A stretch of 64,000 bases of DNA from Deltaproteobacteria bacterium (GTDB lineage Bacteria; Desulfobacterota; Binatia; HRBIN30; CADEER01), in the NCBI GenBank assembly GCA_033764095.1, contig JANRJF010000034.1, positions 16,549-80,548 on the forward strand, given 5' to 3'. Below, in pieces: positions 49,743 through 59,604 of this stretch. A program made the translations under genes and the position numbers. The notes beneath the pieces were generated by a model that worked only from the letters and a program-made list of their open reading frames with translations, made no database searches and was not told the origin of the DNA. How positions within the stretch are numbered: position 1 is the first letter of the stretch; each line of letters starts with the position of its first letter.

Positions 49743-51815
49743 ATGGCAACGAGCACTCTGCTGCTGGCGGCGTCGCTGGCGAGCGCGACGCTCGCCGCGG
49801 CGCAGGAGTGGCAGGATCTCGGCCCCACCGGCGGTGAGATCGCCGACATCCTGCTCGATGATGACGGATGCACATACGCCGTCGGTCGCGGGGTCTTTCG
49901 CCGTGAGCCCGGCGAAGCGCAGTGGGAGCGCCTGCCGCGGACACCCGGACCACACGTCAGCCTTCGGGGCGGGACGCTCTGGAGCACCGGAGGCGACTTG
50001 CACGTCCACCGCAGCGTCGATCGCGGCGCCACGTGGGAAGCGCTCGCCGCGCTGCCGGAGCTGAGCTTCGATGCGCCGGCGGTGGACGCCGCCGATGACG
50101 CGCTGCTGTACGCCGCGACGGTGCAGGCCGACTACGTTCGCCGCCTGTATCGCAGCCGCGACGGCGGCCAGTCGTGGCAGTCGATCCAGCAGGGACTGCC
50201 GGACCACGACTTCAGCTACCACTACCTGCTGCGCGCGGACGTCGAGCACGCCAGCTCGGTGTTCGTCGCCTCGGAGCTCTACGGCGTGTTCGCCAGCAGC
50301 GACGCGGGCGATCACTGGATTGAGGCGAGCACCGGCCTCCCCTGTCCCGGCGTGATCTCCGCGGAAGGCCGCCTCCCGTGTGTGCTGGCGCTGGAACAGG
50401 GACGCGACGGAACGCTCTATGTCGGCGCCGCCGACGGCCGCGTCTACCGCAGCGACGATCGCGCCCGGTCCTGGCAGAGCCCGCATGCCGCGCCGCTCGG
50501 CGTGCAGGTGGTCGCGCTCGCTCTTGCACCGCGCGATCCCGCCAGGGTTCTGGCGGTGACGTCCTCGACCTGGGCCGGCGGGCATCCGCCGGAGTACCAG
50601 GTCCTCCGCTCCAGCGATGGCGGCGCGCACTTCGAAGTGGTCGGCAGCGGTCTGCCGCACGGCGCACTCCACGCGCTGGTCATCGACGCCGAGCACAGCG
50701 ATCGCGCGTATGCGGCGACCGACGACGGCGTGTACGCCAGCGACGACGCCGGCACGTCGTGGATTGCGGTCAACGATGGTCTGTTTGCCACCTGTGTGTA
50801 TGCGCTGGGCGCCGGCGGCGCACCGACGACACTTCACGCCCTCGGCCCACAGCGCTACTGGCGCCGAAGCGGCGCGCCCGAGGGGTGGAGCGAAGGCGAT
50901 ATCTCAATGACCTACCCCGGCTACCGCCGGATCGCGGTTGGCTCCGAGTTGGCCGGCGTCGTCGTCGCACCGGACGGAGAGCGGCTCTATGCGTTCGACT
51001 GGTCGATCGGACCGTTCGCCAGCGAGGACGGCGGACGAAGCTGGGCGCCGCGGTTCGGCGACGGGGGACCTTTTGGCGCCTACGACCTGGCGCTCGACCC
51101 GCATGACGCCGATTCGATTTTCATCGCCACCGATTACGCCGCCATCGCGCACAGCCTCGACGGCGGCCGACACTGGGAACGCGTGCACGACGCCGGCGGC
51201 GGATCGCCCGGCCAGGTGCGCGGCGTCGCCACCGAGGCGCGCAGCGGTCGGGTGTACGCGCTGTACGATCACGCGACTTTCGCGTCGCCGCCGTCAGGCG
51301 CCCACTGGCGGCGCATCGGTCGCGGAATCGAGGGCCGGCAGTTGGATCTCGAGATCGCGCCGACCGATCCGCCGACGCTGTTGGCGCGAACGCCGTACGC
51401 CGTGACGATGCGCAGCCGCGACGGCGGACGCACGTGGCGAGCGCTGCACGTGCCGGGCGAGACCGAGTTCGAACGGACCATCGTCGCCACCGCCTCCGAT
51501 CCGACCGCTCCACACATCCTGTACGGAGTCGCGGGCAAGCAGCTCTACCGCAGTGACGATGCGGGCGGGACGTGGCGCCGCGTCGCAGCGCAGCTGCCGA
51601 CCGGCGTGCAGCAGTTGCAGGTCGATCCGAATGAGCCGGAGCGCATCTACGCTGCCACCTGCGGCGCCGGCGTGCAGCTGCTGGTGCAGGAGCCGGTAAC
51701 CGGGGGCAGGATCGGCGACGGCTGCGCCGTGGTGCCGGCCGATGTCAGTGCGGCGTTGCTCGCCGCGCACGGGTTGGCCATCGGCCTGCTCGGCTGGTTG
51801 CGGGCGCGCCGTTGA
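49743..51815 (+). CDS. Secreted BNR/Asp-box beta-propeller protein, paralog 3
   Basis: Signal peptide; Asp-boxes; tail GDGCAV + TM + RARR. Confidence 0.88.
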   Translation: MATSTLLLAASLASATLAAAQEWQDLGPTGGEIADILLDDDGCTYAVGRGVFRREPGEAQWERLPRTPGPHVSLRGGTLWSTGGDLHVHRSVDRGATWEALAALPELSFDAPAVDAADDALLYAATVQADYVRRLYRSRDGGQSWQSIQQGLPDHDFSYHYLLRADVEHASSVFVASELYGVFASSDAGDHWIEASTGLPCPGVISAEGRLPCVLALEQGRDGTLYVGAADGRVYRSDDRARSWQSPHAAPLGVQVVALALAPRDPARVLAVTSSTWAGGHPPEYQVLRSSDGGAHFEVVGSGLPHGALHALVIDAEHSDRAYAATDDGVYASDDAGTSWIAVNDGLFATCVYALGAGGAPTTLHALGPQRYWRRSGAPEGWSEGDISMTYPGYRRIAVGSELAGVVVAPDGERLYAFDWSIGPFASEDGGRSWAPRFGDGGPFGAYDLALDPHDADSIFIATDYAAIAHSLDGGRHWERVHDAGGGSPGQVRGVATEARSGRVYALYDHATFASPPSGAHWRRIGRGIEGRQLDLEIAPTDPPTLLARTPYAVTMRSRDGGRTWRALHVPGETEFERTIVATASDPTAPHILYGVAGKQLYRSDDAGGTWRRVAAQLPTGVQQLQVDPNEPERIYAATCGAGVQLLVQEPVTGGRIGDGCAVVPADVSAALLAAHGLAIGLLGWLRARR

Positions 51816-51878
51816 CCACCACGGCACGACGACACGACGGCACAACGATCTGCCGTTGTGCCGTCGTGTCGTGGTGGT
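51815..51878. repeat. Palindromic element, family G, between convergent genes
   Basis: accaccacggcacgacgacacgacggcacaacg / cgttgtgccgtcgtgtcgtggtggt. Confidence 0.88.
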
Positions 51879-51881
51879 GAG

Positions 51882-52547
51882 TCAGTCGGGGCGGCCCCAG
51901 TCGACCACCGGCCAGCCGCGACGGCGGGCGGCGCGGCGCAGCTTGGGGTCGGGGTTCACCGCCACCGGGCGGCCGACCACCTCCAGCATCGGCAGGTCGG
52001 CGAACGAATCGGTATAGAACGTCGCCGTCTGCAGGGCGGCGCCGTGCGCGGCGGCGTAGCGCGTCGCCAGCGCCACCTTGCCGGCGCCGTAGCAGAGCGG
52101 CTCGATGGCGCGGCCGGTGTAGCGGCCGTCGGCGTCGATCTCGAAGTGGTTGCAGATGAAGTCGTCGAGGCCGAGCTCGGCGCAGGTGAGCTCGGACATG
52201 TAGTTCGACGACGAGGTCAGCAACACCAGGCGCTCGCCGGCGGCGCGGTGGGCGTCGATCGCGGCGCGCGCGCCGGGGCGGAAGAGCGGCCGCACCGACT
52301 GGCGATAGAAGGCCTGCGCGCGGTCGCGCATCGGCGCCTCCGGCTGACCGGCGACGGTGGCGATGCTGCGCCGGATGGTCTCGTCGATGGCGACGAAGCC
52401 GAGGCTGTAGCGCGCCGCGTAGGTCAGCGCGTGCAGCGCCTGCCAGGTGGTGACCCGACCGGCGGCGAGCTCGGCGCGGATCCACAGCGTCGCCGAGTTG
52501 CGGCTGATCAGCGTCTTGTCGAGATCGAAGAACGCAATCGCAGACAT
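51882..52547 (-). CDS. HAD-IB family hydrolase
   Basis: AFFDLDKTL, LLTSS, YGAGK, FYTDSFADLPML, VAVNPD. Confidence 0.93.
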   Translation of the reverse strand: MSAIAFFDLDKTLISRNSATLWIRAELAAGRVTTWQALHALTYAARYSLGFVAIDETIRRSIATVAGQPEAPMRDRAQAFYRQSVRPLFRPGARAAIDAHRAAGERLVLLTSSSNYMSELTCAELGLDDFICNHFEIDADGRYTGRAIEPLCYGAGKVALATRYAAAHGAALQTATFYTDSFADLPMLEVVGRPVAVNPDPKLRRAARRRGWPVVDWGRPD

Positions 52548-52679
52548 CGGGACTGCTCCGCGCTGCGCGAAGGCATTTGGCGCGGCGCTATTCCCCTACC
52601 AGCCAACCGCCAGGCAGCCCAACCGCCTGCCGTCCTCGCTTGACCTGCCGCGCGGCGCGCGGCAACGGTGCGCGCGGAG

Positions 52680-53768
52680 ATGGCCGACCCCGGGGGCAGC
52701 GCCGCAGTGGCAACCACGCCGGCCGCCGCGCACGGCAAGCCGCGCGGGCTGGCGCCGAGCGTGTGGGAAGGGTGGTCGGACGACCAGCTGCTCGACCTGC
52801 GCCTGTGCGATCTCGGCGTGACCATCCGCGGCACCGAGCTCGACCGCCATATCCGCCAGCTCAACCGCGAGCTGCACGCCGCCGGCATCGTCCGCTTCCG
52901 GCCGTTCTTCTGGCTGTCGGACGAGTGGTTCACGCCCGACGGCGTGCCGGGCGTCGCGGTGCCTTTCTACCTGGCCCATCCGCGCCTGGCGAAGCTGGAG
53001 TTCGCACAGATGCTGGAGGTCGAGGGCGGCACGCCCGAGTGGTGCCTGCGCATCCTGCGCCACGAGACCGGCCACGCCATCGACAACGCCTACGCGCTGC
53101 GCCGCCGCCATCGCCGCCAGCAGCTGTTCGGCCTCTCGTCGAAACCGTACCCCGAGTACTACACGCCGCGGCCGTACAGCCGCAGCTACGTGCAGCACCT
53201 CGAGCCGTGGTACGCGCAGAGTCATCCCGACGAGGACTTCGCCGAGACCTTCGCCGTCTGGATGACGCCCGACTCGCCGTGGCGCACGCGCTACCACGAC
53301 TGGCCGGCGCTGAAGAAGCTCGAGTACGTCGACGGACTGCTGCGCGAGATCGGCCCGCTGGCTCCGAAGCTCACCCATCGGCGCCCGGTCGAGCCGCTGC
53401 GCAGCCTGCGCAAGACGCTGCGCGAGCACTACCGCGAGAAGCGCCAGCGCTACGGCGTCGACCACCCGAACGTCTACGACCGCGATCTGCGCCGCCTGTT
53501 CTCCGACGCGCCGGAGGTACGCGCCAATCCCTCGGCCGCGCAGTTCATCCAGCGCATCCGCAAGGAGGTGCGGGCACGCGCGGCGCGCTGGACCGGCGAG
53601 TACCAGTACACGATCAACCAGGTGATCGACGAGATCGCCAAGCGCTGCAAGGAGCTCAACCTGCGCCTCGCCGTCGCGGCCGAGGAGGCACGGCTGGAGT
53701 TCACCATCTTCGTCGCGGTGCAGACCATGCACTACCTGCACAGCGGGCGACATCGCGTATGGCTGTGA
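52680..53768 (+). CDS. Putative zinc-binding metallopeptidase (Peptidase_Mx-like)
   Basis: LRHETGHA (HExxH) and YAQSHPDEDFAETFAVW, followed by KKLEYV. Confidence 0.85.
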   Translation: MADPGGSAAVATTPAAAHGKPRGLAPSVWEGWSDDQLLDLRLCDLGVTIRGTELDRHIRQLNRELHAAGIVRFRPFFWLSDEWFTPDGVPGVAVPFYLAHPRLAKLEFAQMLEVEGGTPEWCLRILRHETGHAIDNAYALRRRHRRQQLFGLSSKPYPEYYTPRPYSRSYVQHLEPWYAQSHPDEDFAETFAVWMTPDSPWRTRYHDWPALKKLEYVDGLLREIGPLAPKLTHRRPVEPLRSLRKTLREHYREKRQRYGVDHPNVYDRDLRRLFSDAPEVRANPSAAQFIQRIRKEVRARAARWTGEYQYTINQVIDEIAKRCKELNLRLAVAAEEARLEFTIFVAVQTMHYLHSGRHRVWL

Positions 53769-53776
53769 GGTCACGT

Positions 53777-54802
53777 ATGGCGGTGAAGCCGCTGCGCATC
53801 CTCGCGCTGATGCACGAGGACCTGGTGCCGCCGGAGGACGTCACCGGCATCGACACCGCCGAGGCGGACTGGAAGATGGAGTTCGACGTCACCATCACGC
53901 TGAAGAACCTCGGCCACGAGGTGCACAATCTCGGCGTCGGCGGCGACCTCGGCGTCATCCGCAAGGGCATCGACGAGGTCAAGCCGCACCTGGTGCTCAA
54001 CCTGCTGGAGCACTTCCACGGCGTACCGCTGTTCGACCAGAACGTGGTCAGCTACCTGGAGCTGCTGCGCATGCCGTACAGCGGCTGCAACCCGCGCGGC
54101 CTGATGCTGGCGCGCGACAAGGGCCTGTCGAAGAAACTGCTCGCCTACCACCGCATCCCGGTGCCGGACTTCGCCGTGTTCCCGATCGGCCGCGCCGTGC
54201 GGCGGTCGCAGAAGCTGCGCTTCCCACTCATCGTCAAGTCGCTCACCCGCGAGGCGTCGGCCGGCATCTCGCAGGCGAGCGTCGTCGAGGACGAGGAGAA
54301 GCTGCGCGAGCGGGTGCGCTTCATCCACGAGACCATCGGCACCGACGCCATCGCCGAGCGTTACATCGACGGCCGCGAGCTCTACGTCGGCGTGATCGGC
54401 AACCAGCGCCTGGAGGTGTTCCCGGTCTGGGAGCTGCTGTTCACCAAGATGCCGGACGAGCTGTGGCACATCGCCACCGACCGGGTGAAGTGGAGCCGCG
54501 TGTACCAGAAGAAGCGCGGCATCAAGACCTCGGCCTCGAAGCTGCCGGACGGGCTCGCCGAGCACGTCCAGCACCTGTGCAAGCGCATCTACCGCACGCT
54601 CAACCTGAGCGGCTACGCGCGCATCGACCTGCGCCTGGAAGAGAGCGGCAAGGTCTACGTGCTGGAGGCCAACCCCAATCCGCAGCTCGCCTACGGCGAG
54701 GATTTCGCCGAGTCCGCCGAACGCGCCGGCATGGACTATCCGGCGCTGCTGCAACGCATCGTCAACCTCGGCCTGCGCTGGCGGCCGGACCGGGGAGGGT
54801 GA
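53777..54802 (+). CDS. ATP-grasp peptide ligase (D-Ala-D-Ala ligase-like)
   Basis: LELLRMPYSG, RDKGLSK, FPLIVKS..EASAGI, ERYIDGRE, GYARIDLR, VLEANPNP. Confidence 0.88.
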   Translation: MAVKPLRILALMHEDLVPPEDVTGIDTAEADWKMEFDVTITLKNLGHEVHNLGVGGDLGVIRKGIDEVKPHLVLNLLEHFHGVPLFDQNVVSYLELLRMPYSGCNPRGLMLARDKGLSKKLLAYHRIPVPDFAVFPIGRAVRRSQKLRFPLIVKSLTREASAGISQASVVEDEEKLRERVRFIHETIGTDAIAERYIDGRELYVGVIGNQRLEVFPVWELLFTKMPDELWHIATDRVKWSRVYQKKRGIKTSASKLPDGLAEHVQHLCKRIYRTLNLSGYARIDLRLEESGKVYVLEANPNPQLAYGEDFAESAERAGMDYPALLQRIVNLGLRWRPDRGG

Positions 54803-54808
54803 GGGGCA

Positions 54809-54897
54809 AGCGATGAGCGACAAGCGATGAGCAATGAGCGGGTCATCATACTCATCGCTCGTCGCTCATCGCTCATCGCTGATTACTCGTCGCTCGT
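54809..54897. repeat. Palindromic element, family A
   Basis: agcgatgagcgacaagcgatgagcaatgagc ... ctcatcgctcgtcgctcatcgctcatcgct. Confidence 0.9.
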
Positions 54898-54918
54898 CTC
54901 TCCTCATCGGGGGTGGTG

Positions 54919-55395
54919 ATGGATGTCGGTGAGCGTCTGGCGAGCCTGGAAGCGCGGCTGCGCGCGGTCGAGGACGAGCTGGCGATCCACAAGCTGATCG
55001 TGCGCTATGGCCTGGCGGTGGACAGCGGCGACGCCGAGCGTACCGCGGCGGTGTTCGCGGCCGACGGCGTGTACGACGCCGACGTGCGCCTGATGCGCGG
55101 CCGCGCCGCGGTCGCCGACATGGTGCGCGGTGCGCGCCACCAGGCGATGGTCGGCCACTGCGCGCACCAGATCGGCCCGGCGATCGTGCGGCTGCACGGC
55201 GACACCGCGACGGCGCTCGGCTACTCGCGCGTCTACCTGCAGGAGGCCGACGGCATCGGCGTCTACCGCGTCAGCTTCAACCGCTGGACGCTGGCGCGCC
55301 AGGCCGACGGCTGGGCGATCACCCACCGCTTCACCCGCCTGCTCGGCCACGAGGAGGCGTTGGCGATCCTGCACGACGGCCTCGACGCGGTGTAG
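54919..55395 (+). CDS. SnoaL/NTF2-like family protein
   Basis: RLRAVEDELAIHKLIVRYGLAVD.GD....VFAADG, GRAAV, HGDTATA, DGWAITHR. Confidence 0.88.
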   Translation: MDVGERLASLEARLRAVEDELAIHKLIVRYGLAVDSGDAERTAAVFAADGVYDADVRLMRGRAAVADMVRGARHQAMVGHCAHQIGPAIVRLHGDTATALGYSRVYLQEADGIGVYRVSFNRWTLARQADGWAITHRFTRLLGHEEALAILHDGLDAV

Positions 55396-55410
55396 CGCGG
55401 CGTCCGCGGC

Positions 55411-58400
55411 TCACACCTTCGCCTCCTTGCGGACCTGGAACAGTCCGAGCAGGTCGGTGGCCTTGGTGCCGACGGTGGCCAGCGCGGTGAAGAACGCCAC
55501 CCACGATCCGATCGCGTCAGGCCGCGCCAGGAACAGCACCACGGCAACCACGACGATGCCGGCAATCAGGGCGTCGCGCAGCCACGCCCGGTGGGCGCCG
55601 CCGGCTCGTTCCCAGCTGGCGATCACGCTGCGCGCCTCGGCGCGCAGCACGAAGCGGCGGAAGCTCTCGTTCATCGGTCGCACCGCCGTCCCGCGCCGCA
55701 CCAGGCCGCGACGCATCAGGCGCCGCACCGCTGGCCAGGCGCGCGGGCTGACGAAGCCGTAGCGAGCCAGGTGATAGAGCGCCAGGCGTTCGTCGTCCTC
55801 CAGTGCGCACCACAGCGCCCGGTAGTATGGTTCCGACGCCGCGCCGACCGCCTCGACGAGCGCCTCGCGATCCAGCCCGGCGACGTCGAGCCGCCCGCGC
55901 AGGTCGGCGGCGATGCCGCGCAGGCGCGGTGTGGCGCTGGTCTCGCGCGCCAGCGCGTCGTCGATCGGGCGCGGATCGGGCGTGGCGCCCGCCGGCGCGT
56001 CGACCGGCACGACGCGGAGCACCGACAGCGCGCGTGCAAAGCGCGCCTGCGCCTGACGTGTTGCCGGATCCGGCGCCGCCTCGCCGTCGGCGAAGTACGC
56101 CGCCGGGTCGAGCGCCGAAACGACGTCGACCGCGGCCGACTGGGCGAGCGCGCGCTCGAGCCAGGCGGCGACCGCCGCCTGCCAGGCCGGCGCGGCGATG
56201 CAGCGCTCGAGATGGAGCAGCAGCACGGCGCGCTGCGGCGGTGGCGCTTCCCGCTGCAAGGCCTCGGCGTCGGCCAGGCGCTGCAGATCCACGCGGTAGG
56301 CGGTCTCGGTCGCGGCCGCGAGCGCCGCCGCATCCGGTGCGACGAACAGCCGGCCGCGCGACGGCTCGCTCGCCCCCGCGTCCGGCACCCCGTCCGGCAG
56401 GTGCAACCCGAACAGCCACACCGCCAGCCGGTGCAGCCCGAGCACCGCCGCGGCGAGCAGCACCACCAGCAACGCGACGGCGACCGGCGCGGCGCCGCCT
56501 GACGGCAGCGCCAACCGATACACGGCGGTGCGCAGGCGCGACGCGGCGGCCGCGCGCCGATGCGGGTCGTCGACCCGGACCTCGACCGCGCCGTCTTCGG
56601 TGAGCGGCGCGTACCAGGAGTCGTCGCTGGCGCGTTCCCAGACGGCGTGGCGCAACTGGAGCGACTCTTCGCTGTAGACCGGCCACCGGGTGAGCAGCGC
56701 CGCCGTCAGGTGGCGGGCCATCAGCACACAGGTGTCGCTGTCACCCGCCTGCCCACACCATGCGACGGAGGGCGTCGCGGCGCGCGGCGGCGTCTCGACG
56801 GCCGTGGCGTCCGCGCGCTGCTCGACGGAGCCGAGGCGCATGCCGGGAAGGTCCCACCGGTGCTGGGCGAGACTGGCGCGCGCGACGTCGTTGCCGTCAA
56901 CGCCGCCGTACTGCGCGTCCACTTGCTCGTGATGCGCGGCCAGCAGGGCAGCGCCGCGCCAGCCGCCGCGGCGCGCCAGCGCCTCGGCCGACATCTGCGT
57001 CGCATCCCGCGTCAGCACCACCGCGGGCAGCACCGAGAGGGTGACGAGCGCCAGCGCGCCGATACCGGCATAGGCATACTCGCTCCAGCGCGACGCGCCG
57101 CCGGGCCGCGAGCGCAGCGTCAGCAGCGACACGCCACCGGCGAGCCAGGCCAGACCGATCAGCGTCGTCAAGCCGCGCTGCGGGACGCTGATGGCGAGGG
57201 CGAGCCCGACGCACAGCAGCAGCGCGCTCCACAGCAACGCCAGGCGAGGCGGCGACCAGCACGCACGCGGGATCAGGTACAAGGGGACGAGCAGCAACGT
57301 CGTCACGCCGCCGAGCAGCGCGGCGAGCAGCGCCGCCGGCGCCGCGAGCTGTTGCTGGGCCCCGACCTGCCAGGCGGCGAGCAGGGCGAGCACCAGCACA
57401 CAGCTCAGGTAACGCGCGCCGGCGGCTCGGTCCGGCCACAACGCGCTCAGCGGATCGGCCGGCAACAGCGCCCGCACGCCCATGCCGACCAGCCCGTACA
57501 GCACGCCCCAGAGCAGGAATCCGATCCATCTGGTGATGCCGCTCTCGAGCGCCACCGTCCGCAGCATCTCCTTGTCGCGCGCGACGATCAGGGACCACGG
57601 CGTACCCGCCAGCGGCGCCACGTGCACGCGTTGCGCGCGGCCCTGGTAGTCGATGCTCAATCGGGCGGCGTGGCGCGCGAACACCGCAGCGCGCAGCTGC
57701 GGTGCGCCGTCGCTCTCGGCAAAGTAGTTCTCGAACAATCGCCGACCGGAGTCGGAGTGGAACAGGACGCGCCCGTCGTTCTCGACCACTGCGAAACTGG
57801 TGTCCGGCGGCAGGACCGGGTTCACCAGCGAGACCCAGTGCGGCACGATCGCGGCGACGCCGATCGGCGCTGCCGCGGCGCCGGTGGTCACCGGCGCCGC
57901 CATGATTGCCAGCGTCTCTCCGGTGTTGGGCGACGCCATCACGTTCAGTGTCACGGGCAACGCGCCAGGCGGCGTCGGCAGGACGCGCCCCTCCATGGCA
58001 TCGCGGAAGAACTGCAATCGGCCGACGTTGATCATCGGTGTCGAGTTGGAGCGGATGGTCCACTTCTCGCGCTGCTGGCCGGTGCGATCGGCCAACATCA
58101 GCATCTCGAAATGCGGCGCCGCGCGCAGGGCCTGCAGCAGCGCCGCCTCGTCCGGCGGCGTCGCCACGTCGTCGGACACACACTCCTGGCGACCGAGCAG
58201 GCGACGGCACACGACGTACCCTTCGCTGAGCTTCGTGCCCTCACTGCGCGCCGCGTCGCGACGATGCGCGATGAACGACTGCAGCGTCGCCCGGGCGGCG
58301 GCAAGCTCCTCGCCAACGTTGCGCTGCATCGCTGCCGCGACGCGCGCCGTCTCAGCGTCCGCTTGCGCGTCGAAGGCGCTGTAGGCGTACCAGGTGACGG

Positions 58401-59592
58401 CCAGGGTGGTGAGCAGCGCCGTCCCGGCCGCCAGCGACCCCAGCATGCCGAGCGCGGTGCCGAGGCGCAGGGCGTCGCGCGGCCCGAGCGTCATCCAGGT
58501 GAGGAACGGCGTCGCCAGCAGCACCAGCGTCAGGACCAACGGGACGCCCCCCATCGCGGCGAACGACACCGAGGTCTGCGCGCCCATGTCGTTGAGCGGC
58601 AGCAGCGCGCCGACCACCCAGCGCTCGTCCTGATTGGCGCCGTCGATCATCACCCGCACCGGTTGGGTCAGCAGCAGCATCTGCACGCCGTCGATCGGCA
58701 GCGTCGTCACGCCGGTGGCGCGGCCGAGATCGGCGACCCGGGGCAGGCGCGGGATTCCGCTCGATGCAGACCCGCCGGCGGCCGCGGCATCGTCCGCGGT
58801 CGGCAGCGCCGCGATGCGCAGGCCGGTGCCCCCGCGTTCGTACAGAATGCGCCCGTCGGCGTCGCTGACGAAGACGGTCGTCCCGTCGAGCGGGCTACCG
58901 GCGATGGCGCTGCCGACCAGCGTCTCGAAATCGGCCGCCGCACACGCGTGCGCCGGGCTCCGTTCCGCCTCGCACTCCGGCGCTGCGTCCAACACCGCCA
59001 GCGGCTTGGGGGCGCAGACGACCAGGTCGCCGCTGACGCTGACGTCATCGCGACGCGTGCGGTACTGCGCGCCGACGCGGTCGGAGAGGCTCGTCTGCTG
59101 CGTCGGCGCCGGGCGCAGCAGCTTGTGCGTACAGGGTCTGGCCGCCGACGCCGTGCCGCAACGTTGCGGGTCGAGTCCGTCCGCCGCGGCTGGCGTCAGG
59201 CCGGGGATCAGCCTCAGCTTGCCATCCAGGACGCTGCGGAACCGGCATGACCGGGTGGCTGCGGCACCGTCGGGCGCCAGCCGCTGCCGCGAAGCGGCCC
59301 CCGCGGCCGGCAGGTTGGCCTGCTCGTTGTGCTGCTGCCCGACCTGGTTGCGTACGTCCTGCGCGTTGCCAGCCGCCTGCACGGCGTTCGCGAAGCCCTC
59401 CTGCAGCGCGCCGATGCTGCTTTCGGTCTTCTGCGCCACCACGCCGAGCGCGCGCAGGTAGTAGTCGAGCAGATACTGCTGGCGGAAGTGGACATGCAGG
59501 TAGAAGCCGCCGACCAGCAGGGCCAGGCCGGCGAGCAGCGGCGCGCCGAACAGCAGCAGCGAGCGGATCCGTCCAGCGGGCATCGAGCTCAT
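55411..59592 (-). CDS. Large polytopic membrane protein with two Cache-like extracytoplasmic domains and a C-terminal helical/winged-helix-like module
   Basis: 1393 aa; GGAGG RBS; dCache-like signatures (LADRTGQQ, NVGRLQFFR, SPNTGE, AVVENDGRVLFHSD, PWSLIV); about a dozen hydrophobic segments; no kinase, GGDEF or MCP output recognised. Confidence 0.7.
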   Translation of the reverse strand: MSSMPAGRIRSLLLFGAPLLAGLALLVGGFYLHVHFRQQYLLDYYLRALGVVAQKTESSIGALQEGFANAVQAAGNAQDVRNQVGQQHNEQANLPAAGAASRQRLAPDGAAATRSCRFRSVLDGKLRLIPGLTPAAADGLDPQRCGTASAARPCTHKLLRPAPTQQTSLSDRVGAQYRTRRDDVSVSGDLVVCAPKPLAVLDAAPECEAERSPAHACAAADFETLVGSAIAGSPLDGTTVFVSDADGRILYERGGTGLRIAALPTADDAAAAGGSASSGIPRLPRVADLGRATGVTTLPIDGVQMLLLTQPVRVMIDGANQDERWVVGALLPLNDMGAQTSVSFAAMGGVPLVLTLVLLATPFLTWMTLGPRDALRLGTALGMLGSLAAGTALLTTLAVTWYAYSAFDAQADAETARVAAAMQRNVGEELAAARATLQSFIAHRRDAARSEGTKLSEGYVVCRRLLGRQECVSDDVATPPDEAALLQALRAAPHFEMLMLADRTGQQREKWTIRSNSTPMINVGRLQFFRDAMEGRVLPTPPGALPVTLNVMASPNTGETLAIMAAPVTTGAAAAPIGVAAIVPHWVSLVNPVLPPDTSFAVVENDGRVLFHSDSGRRLFENYFAESDGAPQLRAAVFARHAARLSIDYQGRAQRVHVAPLAGTPWSLIVARDKEMLRTVALESGITRWIGFLLWGVLYGLVGMGVRALLPADPLSALWPDRAAGARYLSCVLVLALLAAWQVGAQQQLAAPAALLAALLGGVTTLLLVPLYLIPRACWSPPRLALLWSALLLCVGLALAISVPQRGLTTLIGLAWLAGGVSLLTLRSRPGGASRWSEYAYAGIGALALVTLSVLPAVVLTRDATQMSAEALARRGGWRGAALLAAHHEQVDAQYGGVDGNDVARASLAQHRWDLPGMRLGSVEQRADATAVETPPRAATPSVAWCGQAGDSDTCVLMARHLTAALLTRWPVYSEESLQLRHAVWERASDDSWYAPLTEDGAVEVRVDDPHRRAAAASRLRTAVYRLALPSGGAAPVAVALLVVLLAAAVLGLHRLAVWLFGLHLPDGVPDAGASEPSRGRLFVAPDAAALAAATETAYRVDLQRLADAEALQREAPPPQRAVLLLHLERCIAAPAWQAAVAAWLERALAQSAAVDVVSALDPAAYFADGEAAPDPATRQAQARFARALSVLRVVPVDAPAGATPDPRPIDDALARETSATPRLRGIAADLRGRLDVAGLDREALVEAVGAASEPYYRALWCALEDDERLALYHLARYGFVSPRAWPAVRRLMRRGLVRRGTAVRPMNESFRRFVLRAEARSVIASWERAGGAHRAWLRDALIAGIVVVAVVLFLARPDAIGSWVAFFTALATVGTKATDLLGLFQVRKEAKV

Positions 59593-59604
59593 TGGCGGCC
59601 TCCG

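Noticed and set aside
53777-54802. Calling the ATP-grasp gene ddl or a vancomycin-resistance ligase
   Set aside because: It lacks the Ddl N-terminal GG.S.E and omega-loop motifs and has no mur or van context.
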